Positions 1 through 9,856 of a stretch of DNA of 64,000 bases are shown in pieces. The position numbers and the translations under genes were made by a program. The first letter of the stretch is position 1; the number at the start of each line of letters is the position of its first letter. Source of the DNA: a virus. The stretch lies in the IMG/VR virus record IMGVR_UViG_2822494597_000001; one strand, given 5' to 3'. The notes under the pieces are model-generated. The model saw only the letters and a program-made list of their open reading frames with translations. It was not told the DNA's origin and did no database searches.

Positions 1-178
1 TTTTCAACTTCCTCTTATAATATAAACACTTATTGCATAACATAAATAATTTTTACTATTTATGTAAGTTGCCTTCTTGACGGAAAAATCATGTAAGTTG
101 CCCTTTTAATGGCAACTTTTTATATTTCAAATTCAACTTCAGCAATCATAAATATATGCATGTATTTATAGAATACTA

Positions 179-1351
179 CTATTTACTCCATTCATCTGGA
201 ATCCGTGGCATTGATTTCCCTGCATATGCATCCCAATACCAAAAATCATATGTATCTTTTAAATTATTCATAAGCTGTATTTTTTTCTCTCTATCTATTA
301 GATACTCCTCTGTATTTACCCCAAACACTTCTCCTACAATTTTTTTAGTAGAATCAATAATAAAATCCGCTTTGTAATCATTAAACTCCAATAACCCCTC
401 AAATGGCTTGTAAAATGGAATACCTTTATTAGTCATTTCTTCATATACTTCTATTTCATGGCTACTTTCTGAAAACAAACCATACTTATTTACTTTAAAT
501 AAACTAAATTCCCCCAAGTATAATACCTCCGAGTTTAGTTTTTTACGATACACGAATCCACTAATAATCATAGTTCCGTTTATAACTCGTTCATTTTTTA
601 ATTTGTCGTCAAGAACATCCTTTTCTACAAAGAAAAAATGTTTTTGGCCAAAATTGTCTACACATTGAATCTTAACTCCATATTCTTTCTCTTCATAATC
701 TATATAATTCATATAGATGAACAAGCTATCCTTTTTAGGATGCAATGTTTTTACTTTTGATTTCTTAAACCATAAATCACCTAAAAATTGCTTTTTACTT
801 GATATCTGTATTTTACTACTCATTGTAAATATCTTTTTCCCAAACTCTTCTATACTCACTTTTTCTTTTGCTTGAAAATATCTGTATTTCTTCCAAGTCA
901 TCAGATTTAATCTTGTACAAAACCCTCTTATTGTTACTTTACCTTCAACTTTTTGTGTTGAAGCATTATTTCCCATATTAGATGTAGTACCAATCCTATC
1001 ATCTACAAGAATTGTTTCCTTTTTATTCTCTGGAATTAAACCACCAAGATTTGCAGTGTAAACTATTTTACCATCTTGCATCTCTTCTCCCCAACCACTT
1101 TTATAATCAATTGGTTGATAATCATGATGTTTATAACAGTCTATATCATGAACTGCCCTATTTACGGCATTATATATTTTTAAATCTGAACTGATTTTTT
1201 GTTCTATATCCTCTTTCCCACAACAACAAAACATAAGAATGTTATTGTTCTCTCTTAATTTCTTTTTCTCTTTATCTGTTATAGTGGCATAGGAATACAC
1301 CTTTATTACTCTTTTTGTTAAAATATCTACCACCTTAAATGACCCATTCAT
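179..1351 (-). CDS. Hypothetical protein, DUF1173-like (Cys/His N-terminus, PD-(D/E)xK-like C-terminus)
   Basis: 390 aa ORF; FCCCG...HDIDC near N-terminus; ADFII...GEVFG...Y...REKK near C-terminus; family recalled, not searched. Confidence 0.45.
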   Translation of the reverse strand: MNGSFKVVDILTKRVIKVYSYATITDKEKKKLRENNNILMFCCCGKEDIEQKISSDLKIYNAVNRAVHDIDCYKHHDYQPIDYKSGWGEEMQDGKIVYTANLGGLIPENKKETILVDDRIGTTSNMGNNASTQKVEGKVTIRGFCTRLNLMTWKKYRYFQAKEKVSIEEFGKKIFTMSSKIQISSKKQFLGDLWFKKSKVKTLHPKKDSLFIYMNYIDYEEKEYGVKIQCVDNFGQKHFFFVEKDVLDDKLKNERVINGTMIISGFVYRKKLNSEVLYLGEFSLFKVNKYGLFSESSHEIEVYEEMTNKGIPFYKPFEGLLEFNDYKADFIIDSTKKIVGEVFGVNTEEYLIDREKKIQLMNNLKDTYDFWYWDAYAGKSMPRIPDEWSK

Positions 1352-1747
1352 TTATACATCATCTCCTCATATGTCTTTGATTATGTAAAATTACCGTCAA
1401 CTTGCTTATCAAACATAAAAATCCATTAAATGCCTATTATTAATAAGTATAACAGACTAAACAGAAAAGTTTAAAAACACTCAATACAAAACATATCCTT
1501 TCTTAATACTTATATATCAAAAGATTTTTAAGACTCCTTTATAAAAAAAATAAAAAGTAGTCAAAAAGACCACTTTTAAAAGTGTAATCGCCAAGATACT
1601 CTTATATCAAGAATAACAAACACTATAAAACAAAAGAAAGAAAAAGCAACAAAAACCCCTCCGAAACATAAACCTATATACAAAACATTTTAAAATTCCA
1701 TTTATAAAAAAAAACAATTAAAATAAAAAAGCAGTCATATAGACTAC

Positions 1748-2338
1748 TTATACAAGTAACGTTGCAAGTACACCAATAATAAGGAATGGTCCAAATGCAA
1801 ACATATCATCTTTTTTACTTTTCTTAAAAATCATTAACCCTATAGCGAATATAGATGCTGTAAAGAATGCATACATCAATAGTTGAGGGATTTGATTATA
1901 ATGAAAGAACAATCCAATAGCTCCCATAAACTTAATATCTCCTCCACCTAAAGCACCTGTTAATAGCGCCAAGAGTAAAAAACCTACAAACAGAGATATA
2001 GCTGTTATTACATAAGGAATAGGGGTATCTATCCTCCATACTACAAGATAAACAATACTTAACAGGAATACCACTGCATTTAATCCATCAGGCAAATCTT
2101 GATACTTGAAATCTATCACGAATAATGCTGTAAGAATAATAGATAAAATCATTAACAGCCATGCATAAGAAATGAATCCAAACTTCATATAGATAAGCAC
2201 ATAAAAGAGACCATTTAAAATTGCACTCATTACATATTCTTTTTTATTAAAACTATATTTTTCATATACTTTACTTACACTCCATAACATGCAAGCTCCA
2301 ACTAACATCCCCAATAATCCAATCACTATAAAAATCAT
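1748..2338 (-). CDS. Prepilin peptidase (A24 family, TadV/CpaA-like)
   Basis: Multi-TM; IDFKYQDLPD and GGGDIKF aspartate motifs, FGPFL end; start moved to ATG 2338 behind GGAGG RBS. Confidence 0.9.
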   Translation of the reverse strand: MIFIVIGLLGMLVGACMLWSVSKVYEKYSFNKKEYVMSAILNGLFYVLIYMKFGFISYAWLLMILSIILTALFVIDFKYQDLPDGLNAVVFLLSIVYLVVWRIDTPIPYVITAISLFVGFLLLALLTGALGGGDIKFMGAIGLFFHYNQIPQLLMYAFFTASIFAIGLMIFKKSKKDDMFAFGPFLIIGVLATLLV

Positions 2339-2414
2339 TTCTATTTTACACCTCCATAAATAAAAAAGCACCGCATCATACGGTACCTTATTCATTACAA
2401 TTATATTTTTTATA

Positions 2415-2428
2415 AAAACTATAGTCAA
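2415..2428 (-). promoter_or_regulatory. TTGACT palindromic box / sigma-A promoter for the peptidase
   Basis: Minus strand TTGACT-17 nt-TATAAT; box TTGACTATAGTTTT. Confidence 0.75.
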
Positions 2429-2434
2429 CAAAAC

Positions 2435-2944
2435 TTAGAACTGAGCTTGACTGACTGCTACCTTTCTCATTGTCACTTCATTAAACGTGAAGAACAATCC
2501 TTTTACAGGTATTTCAGCATAAATAATTACACTTGTTTTATTTACTTTTACTTTATCAATAGGTGTTTGAACTGTTTCAATTCCCTTTGGGTTGTTAACA
2601 ACATATGTTTTTATATTTGGTTTTTTAGAAACAATGCTCCCTTTTAAAGGCATATAATTGTCATCTAAAGATAAGTCATTTTTTATAATTCTCTTTATCA
2701 TAGCATCTGCAACCTGCTTATCTACTTCTAATACACCTTCTGATATTTTTTGGTCATTTAAAAGTGTAATGGCAGATGAACTTGCATTATCCAAAGTATT
2801 TTTAATTTTTCTACTTGAATCTAAGTAATGTGGTACATCTATAGATAGAAACATAATTAAAGGTAATAATACGGAAATAACAAGGATGACATATACAGAA
2901 GTCACACCTTTTTTATTCTTAATGAGATTACATATTTTGTTCAA
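2435..2944 (-). CDS. TadG/TadF-like minor pilin
   Basis: KKG|VTSVYV prepilin-type leader, hydrophobic helix, LDNASSSA motif; in Tad locus. Confidence 0.7.
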   Translation of the reverse strand: MNKICNLIKNKKGVTSVYVILVISVLLPLIMFLSIDVPHYLDSSRKIKNTLDNASSSAITLLNDQKISEGVLEVDKQVADAMIKRIIKNDLSLDDNYMPLKGSIVSKKPNIKTYVVNNPKGIETVQTPIDKVKVNKTSVIIYAEIPVKGLFFTFNEVTMRKVAVSQAQF

Positions 2945-2947
2945 TTG

Positions 2948-3445
2948 TTACCACCTCTCTGACATTACAGTTTCTTTAAAAATGTAAACATTACTTGATT
3001 TATCTTTATAATTAAAGAAAGCAAATGCTCCTAACAGCCCTTGTTTATTCGCAGGTAATGTAACAGTAATTTCAATAGGGTCTTTGCTATCTTTTTTTAT
3101 GTAATTCAAGCCTTCTCCATTAATAGGCGTAACACCAATACAATTTAATCCACCTGTATATGTTTTAGCTATTACATTTACATCCTCCCGTTTATATCCC
3201 TTTTCTTGCATTTTCTTATAGAATATTTCTAAATCACTATTAATCGGTTCTGATTGCTGATTTGTTAGTCCCCCCTGCACCTTTGCTTTCTGTGCAAGAA
3301 GATGTACTTCTTTTTCCAATGTTAGTTTTGGATACATATAACTAATAAATCCTATCCCTAAAAATACAACGATTAAAATCGCAGACATACTTACAACTGC
3401 TTCAATGGAAACGAATCCTCTTATTCGTCTTAAAATATTCATCAT
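2948..3445 (-). CDS. TadE-like minor pilin
   Basis: IRG|FVSIEAVV class III signal with Glu+5 and hydrophobic helix. Confidence 0.75.
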   Translation of the reverse strand: MMNILRRIRGFVSIEAVVSMSAILIVVFLGIGFISYMYPKLTLEKEVHLLAQKAKVQGGLTNQQSEPINSDLEIFYKKMQEKGYKREDVNVIAKTYTGGLNCIGVTPINGEGLNYIKKDSKDPIEITVTLPANKQGLLGAFAFFNYKDKSSNVYIFKETVMSERW

Positions 3446-3556
3446 GTACGAACCTCCCTTATTTGATTAAAAAGTTTATGTTATATAATATAATTTTTTA
3501 TAATATTTTATTTTATATTTATACTCTACTAATCTTTATAAATAATTTTTTATAAT

Positions 3557-3589
3557 AAAAAAACTATAGATATAATATCTATAGTTTTT
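3557..3589 (-). terminator. Intrinsic terminator after the flp genes
   Basis: AAACTATAGATA-TAA-TATCTATAGTTT inverted repeat with T-run on the minus strand. Confidence 0.65.
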
Positions 3590-3605
3590 AAAATATAATG
3601 TTAAA

Positions 3606-3812
3606 TTATTTACCAGTGCTTGGGTCTACTACTTTATACTGATTTGTTGCAGTATCAATATTCGTCATCGCTTTATCTGTAACTGTATTTCCTTTGTTTT
3701 GGAATAAGATTACGGTTGCTACACCTAAGCCGATAATTAAACCTGCTACGATAATCGTTTCAATTGATACATATCCTTTAGAATTCTTTACTTTGTTTAA
3801 CATTTTTTTCAT
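3606..3812 (-). CDS. flp: Flp/Tad major pilin, copy 2
   Basis: 68 aa; SKG|YVSIETII, Glu+5, hydrophobic helix. Confidence 0.8.
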   Translation of the reverse strand: MKKMLNKVKNSKGYVSIETIIVAGLIIGLGVATVILFQNKGNTVTDKAMTNIDTATNQYKVVDPSTGK

Positions 3813-3952
3813 TTTTACATTCCCCCATTTTTCTTTTTAGTTTATTTTTTATTTTCAGCTCCTCTAATCTCGCATAAGCTGTTACCCTTATTACAAGACG
3901 ACCTTACGGAAGGGTCTTTCTTCTATACGTTATTTTTGAAGTAGTTTTTACC

Positions 3953-4159
3953 TTATTGTTTTGCACTTGGGTCTACTACTTTATATTGACTTGTTGCAGT
4001 ATCAATATTTGTCATTGCTTTATCTGTAACTGTATTTCCTTTGTTTTGGAATAAGATTACTGTCGCTACACCTAATCCAATGATTAAACCTGCCACGATA
4101 ATCGTTTCAATTGATACATACCCCTTAGAGTTTTTAATTTTTTTTAGTACATTTTTCAT
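3953..4159 (-). CDS. flp: Flp/Tad major pilin, copy 1
   Basis: 68 aa; mature sequence nearly identical to copy 2. Confidence 0.8.
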   Translation of the reverse strand: MKNVLKKIKNSKGYVSIETIIVAGLIIGLGVATVILFQNKGNTVTDKAMTNIDTATSQYKVVDPSAKQ

Positions 4160-4320
4160 TCAACATCCCTCCAATTCACTTTTTATTATTATAGATAGAT
4201 TCATCTATGTTATTCGCTCAAACCATTTAATACTTGTTTGACCTTGACGAATCTTTGTTTTTTTGAATCATATTATCTTATATGCTCTTATTTACTTAAA
4301 TATTCAGTTGTGGTGTTCCA

Positions 4321-4752
4321 CTACATGTCTAATGCCTTTCTAAAGCTATTAACAACTATAGGATTTGGCATATAATATGAGTCTAAAAGTATCTCTTCTT
4401 CTAACCTTTTATTCTTTAAAATCATAGCAATACCCAACATAATCCCCGCACTACGGCTTTGACCTGCATTACAATGCACAACAACTTCATCAAATTGATT
4501 TTGAGATATCAATTCAATAACATTATTGGCCATATCTTCATTGAATAAGATAAATCGTTCTTTTTGTGGTAGATTTTCTCTAATGTCATGAAAATAGAGT
4601 TCCGTGACAGAAGAAAAATCACTTTCGTTTTTCAAACGGTAAGGTATCCCCACCTTTTTATATTCTGGTTCTAACACTCGGATTAAACAAGAATGCTTTC
4701 CAACTGGCTTATAGCATCTGATGTCATAATCGTTTAATATTTTATATTTCAA
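4321..4752 (-). CDS. Protein tyrosine/dual-specificity phosphatase family protein
   Basis: VHCNAGQSRSA = HCxxGxxRS P-loop; TTG start with GGAGG RBS. Confidence 0.8.
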   Translation of the reverse strand: MKYKILNDYDIRCYKPVGKHSCLIRVLEPEYKKVGIPYRLKNESDFSSVTELYFHDIRENLPQKERFILFNEDMANNVIELISQNQFDEVVVHCNAGQSRSAGIMLGIAMILKNKRLEEEILLDSYYMPNPIVVNSFRKALDM

Positions 4753-4941
4753 TCCTCATGCCACCTCCCTAATCTCTACATTTTTATCTTTTCATTCTAT
4801 ACAACGATAAGACGAATTATTCTTTCGTTTTTATCTATTGAATCTAACACAATTAACATTCTTGAATTCATTATTTTATATGACAAAAAAGCTTGTACTC
4901 AGTAAGTACAAGCTTTTTCCTATGATATATTTTATTGCAAC

Positions 4942-5064
4942 CTAATTTTTCTTATCTTCGTTCTTAGTTTTCTCATGAGCTTTTTGCTCTGTTTCTTTTA
5001 AAATGTTCTCAAAATGTTCCTTTTTGTTCTCTTCCACATACTGAATTATTTCTTTGAATTCCAT
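4942..5064 (-). CDS. Small charged hypothetical protein (40 aa)
   Basis: MEFKEIIQYVEENKKEHFENIL..., AAGGAG RBS; below the ORF-track cutoff. Confidence 0.5.
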   Translation of the reverse strand: MEFKEIIQYVEENKKEHFENILKETEQKAHEKTKNEDKKN

Positions 5065-5111
5065 ATTTCACACTCCTTATATACTATTTATCCTATATTC
5101 TTACTCACATA

Positions 5112-5315
5112 TTAATTGATTATAGTTCTTTTTCTTTTTATTACCATCTTTATGTAATCATATACGAATAATAAAATTGCAAACACTACACTTTTCATCC
5201 CCAACGATAACCATTCACTTGTTCCACTTGGAACTTCATATATAATGATATATCCTATTATAAACCCTAAACTGCACAGAAAAGCACCTAAAATACCCAA
5301 CATAATTCTTTTCAT
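5112..5315 (-). CDS. Small membrane protein
   Basis: Two hydrophobic segments; start MKRIMLG. Confidence 0.55.
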   Translation of the reverse strand: MKRIMLGILGAFLCSLGFIIGYIIIYEVPSGTSEWLSLGMKSVVFAILLFVYDYIKMVIKRKRTIIN

Positions 5316-5463
5316 TCTGTAAATCACCCCCACTTAATGCTATTCGATTGCTGTATTTTCTCTAAAAATATATTTCAATAAAACCTTATATAAGGATTAT
5401 ACATTTTTATTATTAATAAAAAAAGAATGAAATTTTTCATTCTCTTTATCAAATGAGTTTCTC

Positions 5464-6396
5464 TTATGGTCCCGCAGGAGAATCCAGTAACGAACTTCCG
5501 TACATTGCAATCGGAATCAGTCCTAATAGGATAACAGCCAAGAACGGAATAAATAAAGAAGCTTGAGAGTACACAAGATTGGATAAATCCTTGCTTCTCT
5601 TCAGATTATTCGTGTGTTCGATAATCTCTTGCATATTATTCTCCAATGATTGAATCCCATCTTCTCGTGAATACTCATTGAACTCAGATAAGATACGAAT
5701 TGTATCCATGAATTTCGTTCCTGCGAACGATTCTTCTAAATATCTAAATCCCTCTTTTTTATCACGAACATAAATGCGATATCCTACCTCAAAAATACTC
5801 TTATATCTCGTTTTTGTTTTTGCTAATGAATATAGCACCTCATTAATTGGTCTTTTTGAGCGAAGCATTAAGATAATAAATAATTGCAGAATTGGTAAGT
5901 CTTTTAAAAACGAAAATTTATTCTTTTTTGCTTTTCGCTTTAACCAAAACTTAGGAACTAAACATAATAGTAGTAAGATTGCTCCTACAATGAATTTAAA
6001 CTTAATTACACCATCAGGACTTTTCATCGTTTCTGTTAAATCAATGTTGAATAAAAGACTTACTAAAAACGTGATATTATCCATAAGCATAACTAATATG
6101 AAAAATACTACTAAAGACATCATTAAAATAGCTATTTGTAGCGTTGTGAACACTCGATAGTTCATTTTCTTTGAAACATTCGCTTCCATAATTAAACGGT
6201 TAATATCTTTTACTTTTTTATCGTTTGTATCTGTTTGGATAAACCATTTAAAAGGTACTGCAAATGATAAAATATGCAATGTGTTGGACCAGTCATTCAT
6301 AAACGGCTTTTCCATTACCCTCTTTTGTGATGTTAGAAAATGTAGTCCAATCAAAGCAAATGCAATCAGTAACGGAAGAATATAAAGATTATGCAT
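5464..6396 (-). CDS. tadC: TadC-like inner membrane platform protein
   Basis: T2SS-F-like TM pattern, downstream of TadB; AAAGGAG RBS before MHNLYI. Confidence 0.7.
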   Translation of the reverse strand: MHNLYILPLLIAFALIGLHFLTSQKRVMEKPFMNDWSNTLHILSFAVPFKWFIQTDTNDKKVKDINRLIMEANVSKKMNYRVFTTLQIAILMMSLVVFFILVMLMDNITFLVSLLFNIDLTETMKSPDGVIKFKFIVGAILLLLCLVPKFWLKRKAKKNKFSFLKDLPILQLFIILMLRSKRPINEVLYSLAKTKTRYKSIFEVGYRIYVRDKKEGFRYLEESFAGTKFMDTIRILSEFNEYSREDGIQSLENNMQEIIEHTNNLKRSKDLSNLVYSQASLFIPFLAVILLGLIPIAMYGSSLLDSPAGP

Positions 6397-6454
6397 GAAA
6401 CCAACAACTCCTTTCAAATGAGTAAAAAGATATACAGTGTATTCCTTTTACTCA

Positions 6455-7444
6455 TTATTTACTTTTTTTCACTCTTGTCATTTTAATATTTAACATAATC
6501 GTTCCCAATACAGCTCCATAGCCTAACAAGAAACAAATTAGACCTAAGAAAGAACTAAAGAAGAATTCTCTTCCTTTTGGGTTTAAAACAATATTTAGTA
6601 GTCCCGCTCCTGAAGCTAATACGGCAATAAAATAGTTAATTGCCACAGAATATTTCGCATCTGTTACACGAGACTTTTTCAATCTATTCTCTTTTTCTAA
6701 GATATTTCTTAAATGACGAAGATTTTCAATCGTTGTAGTCTTACTCGCATCTTCCATATAGCTGATAAGCGTAAAGACCAAGCTATTAATCCATACGTTG
6801 TCGTACTCTTCACCAAATTGTAAAAGTACCGTTTCTGCATCTCCCGAAATCATTTTACGAGAGATGTTTTCTAATATTTCTCGTAAAGGATTATCACATG
6901 AACGAGCTGTTTCATAGATGATACTTTTCATATCTCCATATTTTGAAGAAACTCGAATAATATGGTCAATTGCAGATGGTAGTTGTTCTTCAATTTGCTC
7001 CATTAAATCTACCGCTAACATTTTTATGATTTTGTTTGCTATATAAAGTAGAAATAAAGGAATCACAATAGCAAGAAAATACTGCTTCACAGCAATAAAT
7101 CCAATCAGAATGCAAGCATTCACACCTAAAAATCCATAATAATAGATGTCTAATAACCCTTCTTTTCCTTTTTCTATTAAGAAGAATTCTAAGTTTTGAT
7201 AAAATCGCTTGAATAAACTAACTCGATTTAAAAAGACATCTTCAGCTTTTTTCTTTTTTGTTCTTCCATGTAATTTATCTCTCATGCGCTTTTCATTGAT
7301 TAAATTTAAAATAACCATCGCACAGATGACAACGGATATAATCAAAATCCCATTTATAAGAACTGGTAAGATTTTATCCATTGTAAAGATATTAGATAAT
7401 TGATTTTTTAAACCACTCATATTAAAATCTGGTAATTGGAACAA
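6455..7444 (-). CDS. tadB: TadB-like membrane platform protein
   Basis: EEQLPSAIDHIIR motif, TM helices, follows the ATPase. Confidence 0.75.
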   Translation of the reverse strand: MFQLPDFNMSGLKNQLSNIFTMDKILPVLINGILIISVVICAMVILNLINEKRMRDKLHGRTKKKKAEDVFLNRVSLFKRFYQNLEFFLIEKGKEGLLDIYYYGFLGVNACILIGFIAVKQYFLAIVIPLFLLYIANKIIKMLAVDLMEQIEEQLPSAIDHIIRVSSKYGDMKSIIYETARSCDNPLREILENISRKMISGDAETVLLQFGEEYDNVWINSLVFTLISYMEDASKTTTIENLRHLRNILEKENRLKKSRVTDAKYSVAINYFIAVLASGAGLLNIVLNPKGREFFFSSFLGLICFLLGYGAVLGTIMLNIKMTRVKKSK

Positions 7445-7489
7445 GTGAAATGCCTCCCTTCTAAATATTGCAAGCCGTAAAAAAACGAC

Positions 7490-9076
7490 TTACAAGTCTT
7501 TCATTTCTGACATTGGAATTCCCCACTCATTTAATCTGCTTTTTAAAGCATTTGACATGCGATTTTCCGTTCTTTTGTACTGTCCTATTAATGGATTTTC
7601 TGGGTCAAAGTCCCATTCATACAGACAGTTCATTTTCGCAAATTCATTTTTATCGTTTGTTACGATTTCTGAAATAGATTTAATACGAATATCACGACCA
7701 ACTTTTCTCATCATAATAATAATATCTATCGCTTTACATAATTTATTTCGAATTTGAACGGTACTTTCATTTCCTACATCAGGAGAGGACATATACATAT
7801 CCACACACATATCTAAAAATGAATAATCATCTAATGCATGGGCTGTAAACATATTCCCCCTGGTCTTTAAGTTAGCTTCATATAATTGCTTAAACTCTCC
7901 ACCACGGCTTTCAGGGATGATTACTCTGTCTGCTGTAGTACGTAATGACGTTCGGAGAAGCTTATCAAATGTAAAATCTTTTTCTTCATCTACATTAAAA
8001 ATAACAACATCGTGCCCTTTCAAAACACGTTCTACATCCGTTTCTGCTACAGAAGCAATAACAACTTTTCTTTCGATTTTTTCAGTGTACGTTAATGCAT
8101 AGTTGATAAATGTTGTTTTACCTGTTCCCATTGGTCCACCAATCCCGATATTTGCTTTCCCACGAACTAAAACATCCATTAATCTATCTATAAAATCATC
8201 AACTGTTCCACTTTTCTTCATCATATTCAAGTTAGGAACAAAGTTCGTAAATTTACGGATGTTTAAGATATAGTTTTGACAGGCATCAGGAATAATGATG
8301 TTTACCCTGTCTTGATTTGGTCTGGTTGCTTCGACAATCGCATTTTCAACAGCATTTAATTCCTTTTTATTGAATTCAATTACCCTATTAAACACATTTA
8401 TCAATTCATTTAACGTTTCAAACTCTCTATCATATTCGTATTTGACTCCTTTTTTAATGTAGTAAATACGAGATTTAAAATGTGGAAACGTACAAGCATT
8501 CACCATAATCTCACCCATATCAGGGTCATCATCTAATTCTTGCAGAACACCCATCCCATACAAATCAGCGAACAGTCGATACGAGATTTTTTCTACATCT
8601 GACTTATCCACTTCATCCGAAGTAATCAATGTTTTTCTAATCTTACTCATGATATATTTTCTTGCATTTTCATCAATCGTTGATTTCTTTAATAGCTCTG
8701 TGTGTTTTTCTATTTCTTTCGTGGTACCCCCTGGGCTCTCCATTTCAAGTTGAATCTTATCTTTTAATCTTCGATATATGACCTCTTCTTCTGGAAGTGT
8801 TTCATCTTGTACATCAGATACATATAAATCTACAATTTCTTCATCCGTAAACTCATCCATTTCATCCTTATAGATAAATTTTACGTTTCCGTATCGTCTA
8901 TCCAGTGATAATAGACCTGTTTCATACACATCAAATCGTACTATCAGAGCATTACACATATCTTGTACTTCTAAAAATCGAAATGTTTTCCCTACACTAT
9001 GTTTTAATTCGATAATTTTAAATGCTTCTTCATTATCACGAATTACCATTGGTATTTTTACGTTATTCATGTACAT
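7490..9076 (-). CDS. tadA: TadA/CpaF pilus assembly ATPase
   Basis: Walker A GPMGTGKTT, LRTSLRTTADRVIIPESRG, TAHA His box. Confidence 0.9.
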   Translation of the reverse strand: MYMNNVKIPMVIRDNEEAFKIIELKHSVGKTFRFLEVQDMCNALIVRFDVYETGLLSLDRRYGNVKFIYKDEMDEFTDEEIVDLYVSDVQDETLPEEEVIYRRLKDKIQLEMESPGGTTKEIEKHTELLKKSTIDENARKYIMSKIRKTLITSDEVDKSDVEKISYRLFADLYGMGVLQELDDDPDMGEIMVNACTFPHFKSRIYYIKKGVKYEYDREFETLNELINVFNRVIEFNKKELNAVENAIVEATRPNQDRVNIIIPDACQNYILNIRKFTNFVPNLNMMKKSGTVDDFIDRLMDVLVRGKANIGIGGPMGTGKTTFINYALTYTEKIERKVVIASVAETDVERVLKGHDVVIFNVDEEKDFTFDKLLRTSLRTTADRVIIPESRGGEFKQLYEANLKTRGNMFTAHALDDYSFLDMCVDMYMSSPDVGNESTVQIRNKLCKAIDIIIMMRKVGRDIRIKSISEIVTNDKNEFAKMNCLYEWDFDPENPLIGQYKRTENRMSNALKSRLNEWGIPMSEMKDL

Positions 9077-9085
9077 TCACCTCTT

Positions 9086-9838
9086 TTACTCTATCGCTTC
9101 AATAATTTGGGTATATTCATGCTGTTTTTTATTCGAAAACAGTTTGCTTGTTGCTCCAAATTTAAACAGGTTTTGATTATCAACATTTGATTCGTTGTAA
9201 AAGACAGTGCCAATCACACTTAAATTGTTCTCTCCTACACACCTACTAAAATCAATATTTGAATGCTCATTAAACATGTTGAATAGTAACTTTACAGATA
9301 CATGATTCTGTTTAAAATGTGTAACTGTTCGAACAGCAGTTGGAAGAGCTTCTAAATTATTAAAATTATTTCTTCCAATTAATAGGATTTCATCTCCATG
9401 GAATAAAGAGTTGGTTGTTCCTGCATTATCAATATCTGGTGAAACTGTTACAACGATAAAGTCATACATAGCACGTAACAAATCAATTATTTTTTCAACA
9501 TGCTTTTTCTCAATTAAATTGTAATTCTTCAGCAATTTAGTACCTTTTAATAAATCCACTTTATTTTTCAAGGAAATCATATTCTCTTTAAATAGCTCTT
9601 CATTTAAGAAATCCCCATCAATTTTTTCAATTAAATTATCAATTCCATGAATCTTATCTTCCATCGAAAAATTAGCACATAAATAAGGAACCTTTACATC
9701 GAAATCCACTAATGCTACTTTTTTATCAGGGTATTTTTGTTTATAATAATGAGCAATGCTTGTAGCTGTATATTTCATTCCATTTCCATATAAAATTGGG
9801 TAACATACTATCATTTTGCTTGTATTCTCTTTGTTCAC
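9086..9838 (-). CDS. CpaE/TadZ-like MinD/ParA-fold protein with degenerate P-loop
   Basis: GNGMKYTATSIA, KVALVDFD, YDFIVV; precedes TadA. Confidence 0.7.
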   Translation of the reverse strand: MNKENTSKMIVCYPILYGNGMKYTATSIAHYYKQKYPDKKVALVDFDVKVPYLCANFSMEDKIHGIDNLIEKIDGDFLNEELFKENMISLKNKVDLLKGTKLLKNYNLIEKKHVEKIIDLLRAMYDFIVVTVSPDIDNAGTTNSLFHGDEILLIGRNNFNNLEALPTAVRTVTHFKQNHVSVKLLFNMFNEHSNIDFSRCVGENNLSVIGTVFYNESNVDNQNLFKFGATSKLFSNKKQHEYTQIIEAIE

Positions 9839-9856
9839 TTCTCTCCAACTCCCCTC

